NCBI GenBank assembly: GCA_018396865.1
Contig: JAGTRB010000003.1
Span: 8,575-72,574, forward strand
Source: Candidatus Bathyarchaeota archaeon
Lineage (GTDB): Archaea; Thermoproteota; Bathyarchaeia; TCS64
DNA length: 64,000 bases
Direction: 5' to 3'
The position numbers and the translations under genes were made by a program. Below the pieces are notes generated by a model, which was given only the letters and a program-made list of their open reading frames with translations, was not told the origin of the DNA and made no database searches. Below are positions 63,999-64,000 of this stretch, in pieces. Within the stretch, counting starts at the first letter, position 1. Every line of letters starts with the position of its first letter.

Positions 63999-64000
63999 AG

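Noticed and set aside
1-64000. Scan for CRISPR arrays, rRNA genes and IS elements
   Set aside because: I found no regularly spaced direct repeats, no rRNA-like conserved blocks, and no transposase-like ORFs or terminal inverted repeats on reading through both strands.

Overview
This is an archaeal chromosomal window, densely coding and G+C-rich (hand-counted 60-nt lines are about 58-67% G+C). The archaeal assignment rests on aEF-2, MCM with an upstream GINS-like gene, ATP-dependent DNA ligase, Hel308, ribosomal protein eS26, archaeal-type SAM synthetase, a Sulfolobus-type zinc ferredoxin and an intron-containing tRNA-Tyr with a C1:G72 pair. The gene set looks TACK/Thermoproteota-like, but I cannot name the organism. 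I support about 60 CDS: ABC transporter, purC/purF/PurN-like, glycerate 2-kinase, GGT, MtnA, Fae-Hps, Trm5, a glycosyltransferase and others. There are two tRNAs, Ala-GGC and Tyr-GUA (the latter with a 41-nt intron). I saw no rRNA, CRISPR array, transposase or integrase. The stand-out feature is an ~8.2-kb low-G+C island at about 21.5-29.9 kb (sampled lines 28-33% G+C). It holds five tightly packed genes. One is a type-I membrane protein with a coiled-coil tail. One is an 889-aa tubulin/FtsZ-superfamily protein with an exact GGGTGSG signature and a long coiled-coil region that appears to be inserted between its two FtsZ-like domains. One is a second, divergent FtsZ-like paralogue with degenerate GTP loops. 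The last two are a ~10-TM protein with a ~440-aa coiled-coil tail and a 304-aa soluble partner. I read this island as a candidate, apparently undescribed, horizontally acquired membrane-anchored tubulin-family cytoskeletal or membrane-remodelling module. Secondary observations:
- an RHH-Fae-Hps triple fusion with repeated GTGTCAC sites upstream;
- a possible +1 frameshift in a small secreted-protein gene inside a second AT-rich islet;
- a perfect 17-bp hairpin downstream of purF;
- a decayed, stop-riddled region next to tRNA-Tyr.
All domain calls come from motif recognition by eye. No searches were run.
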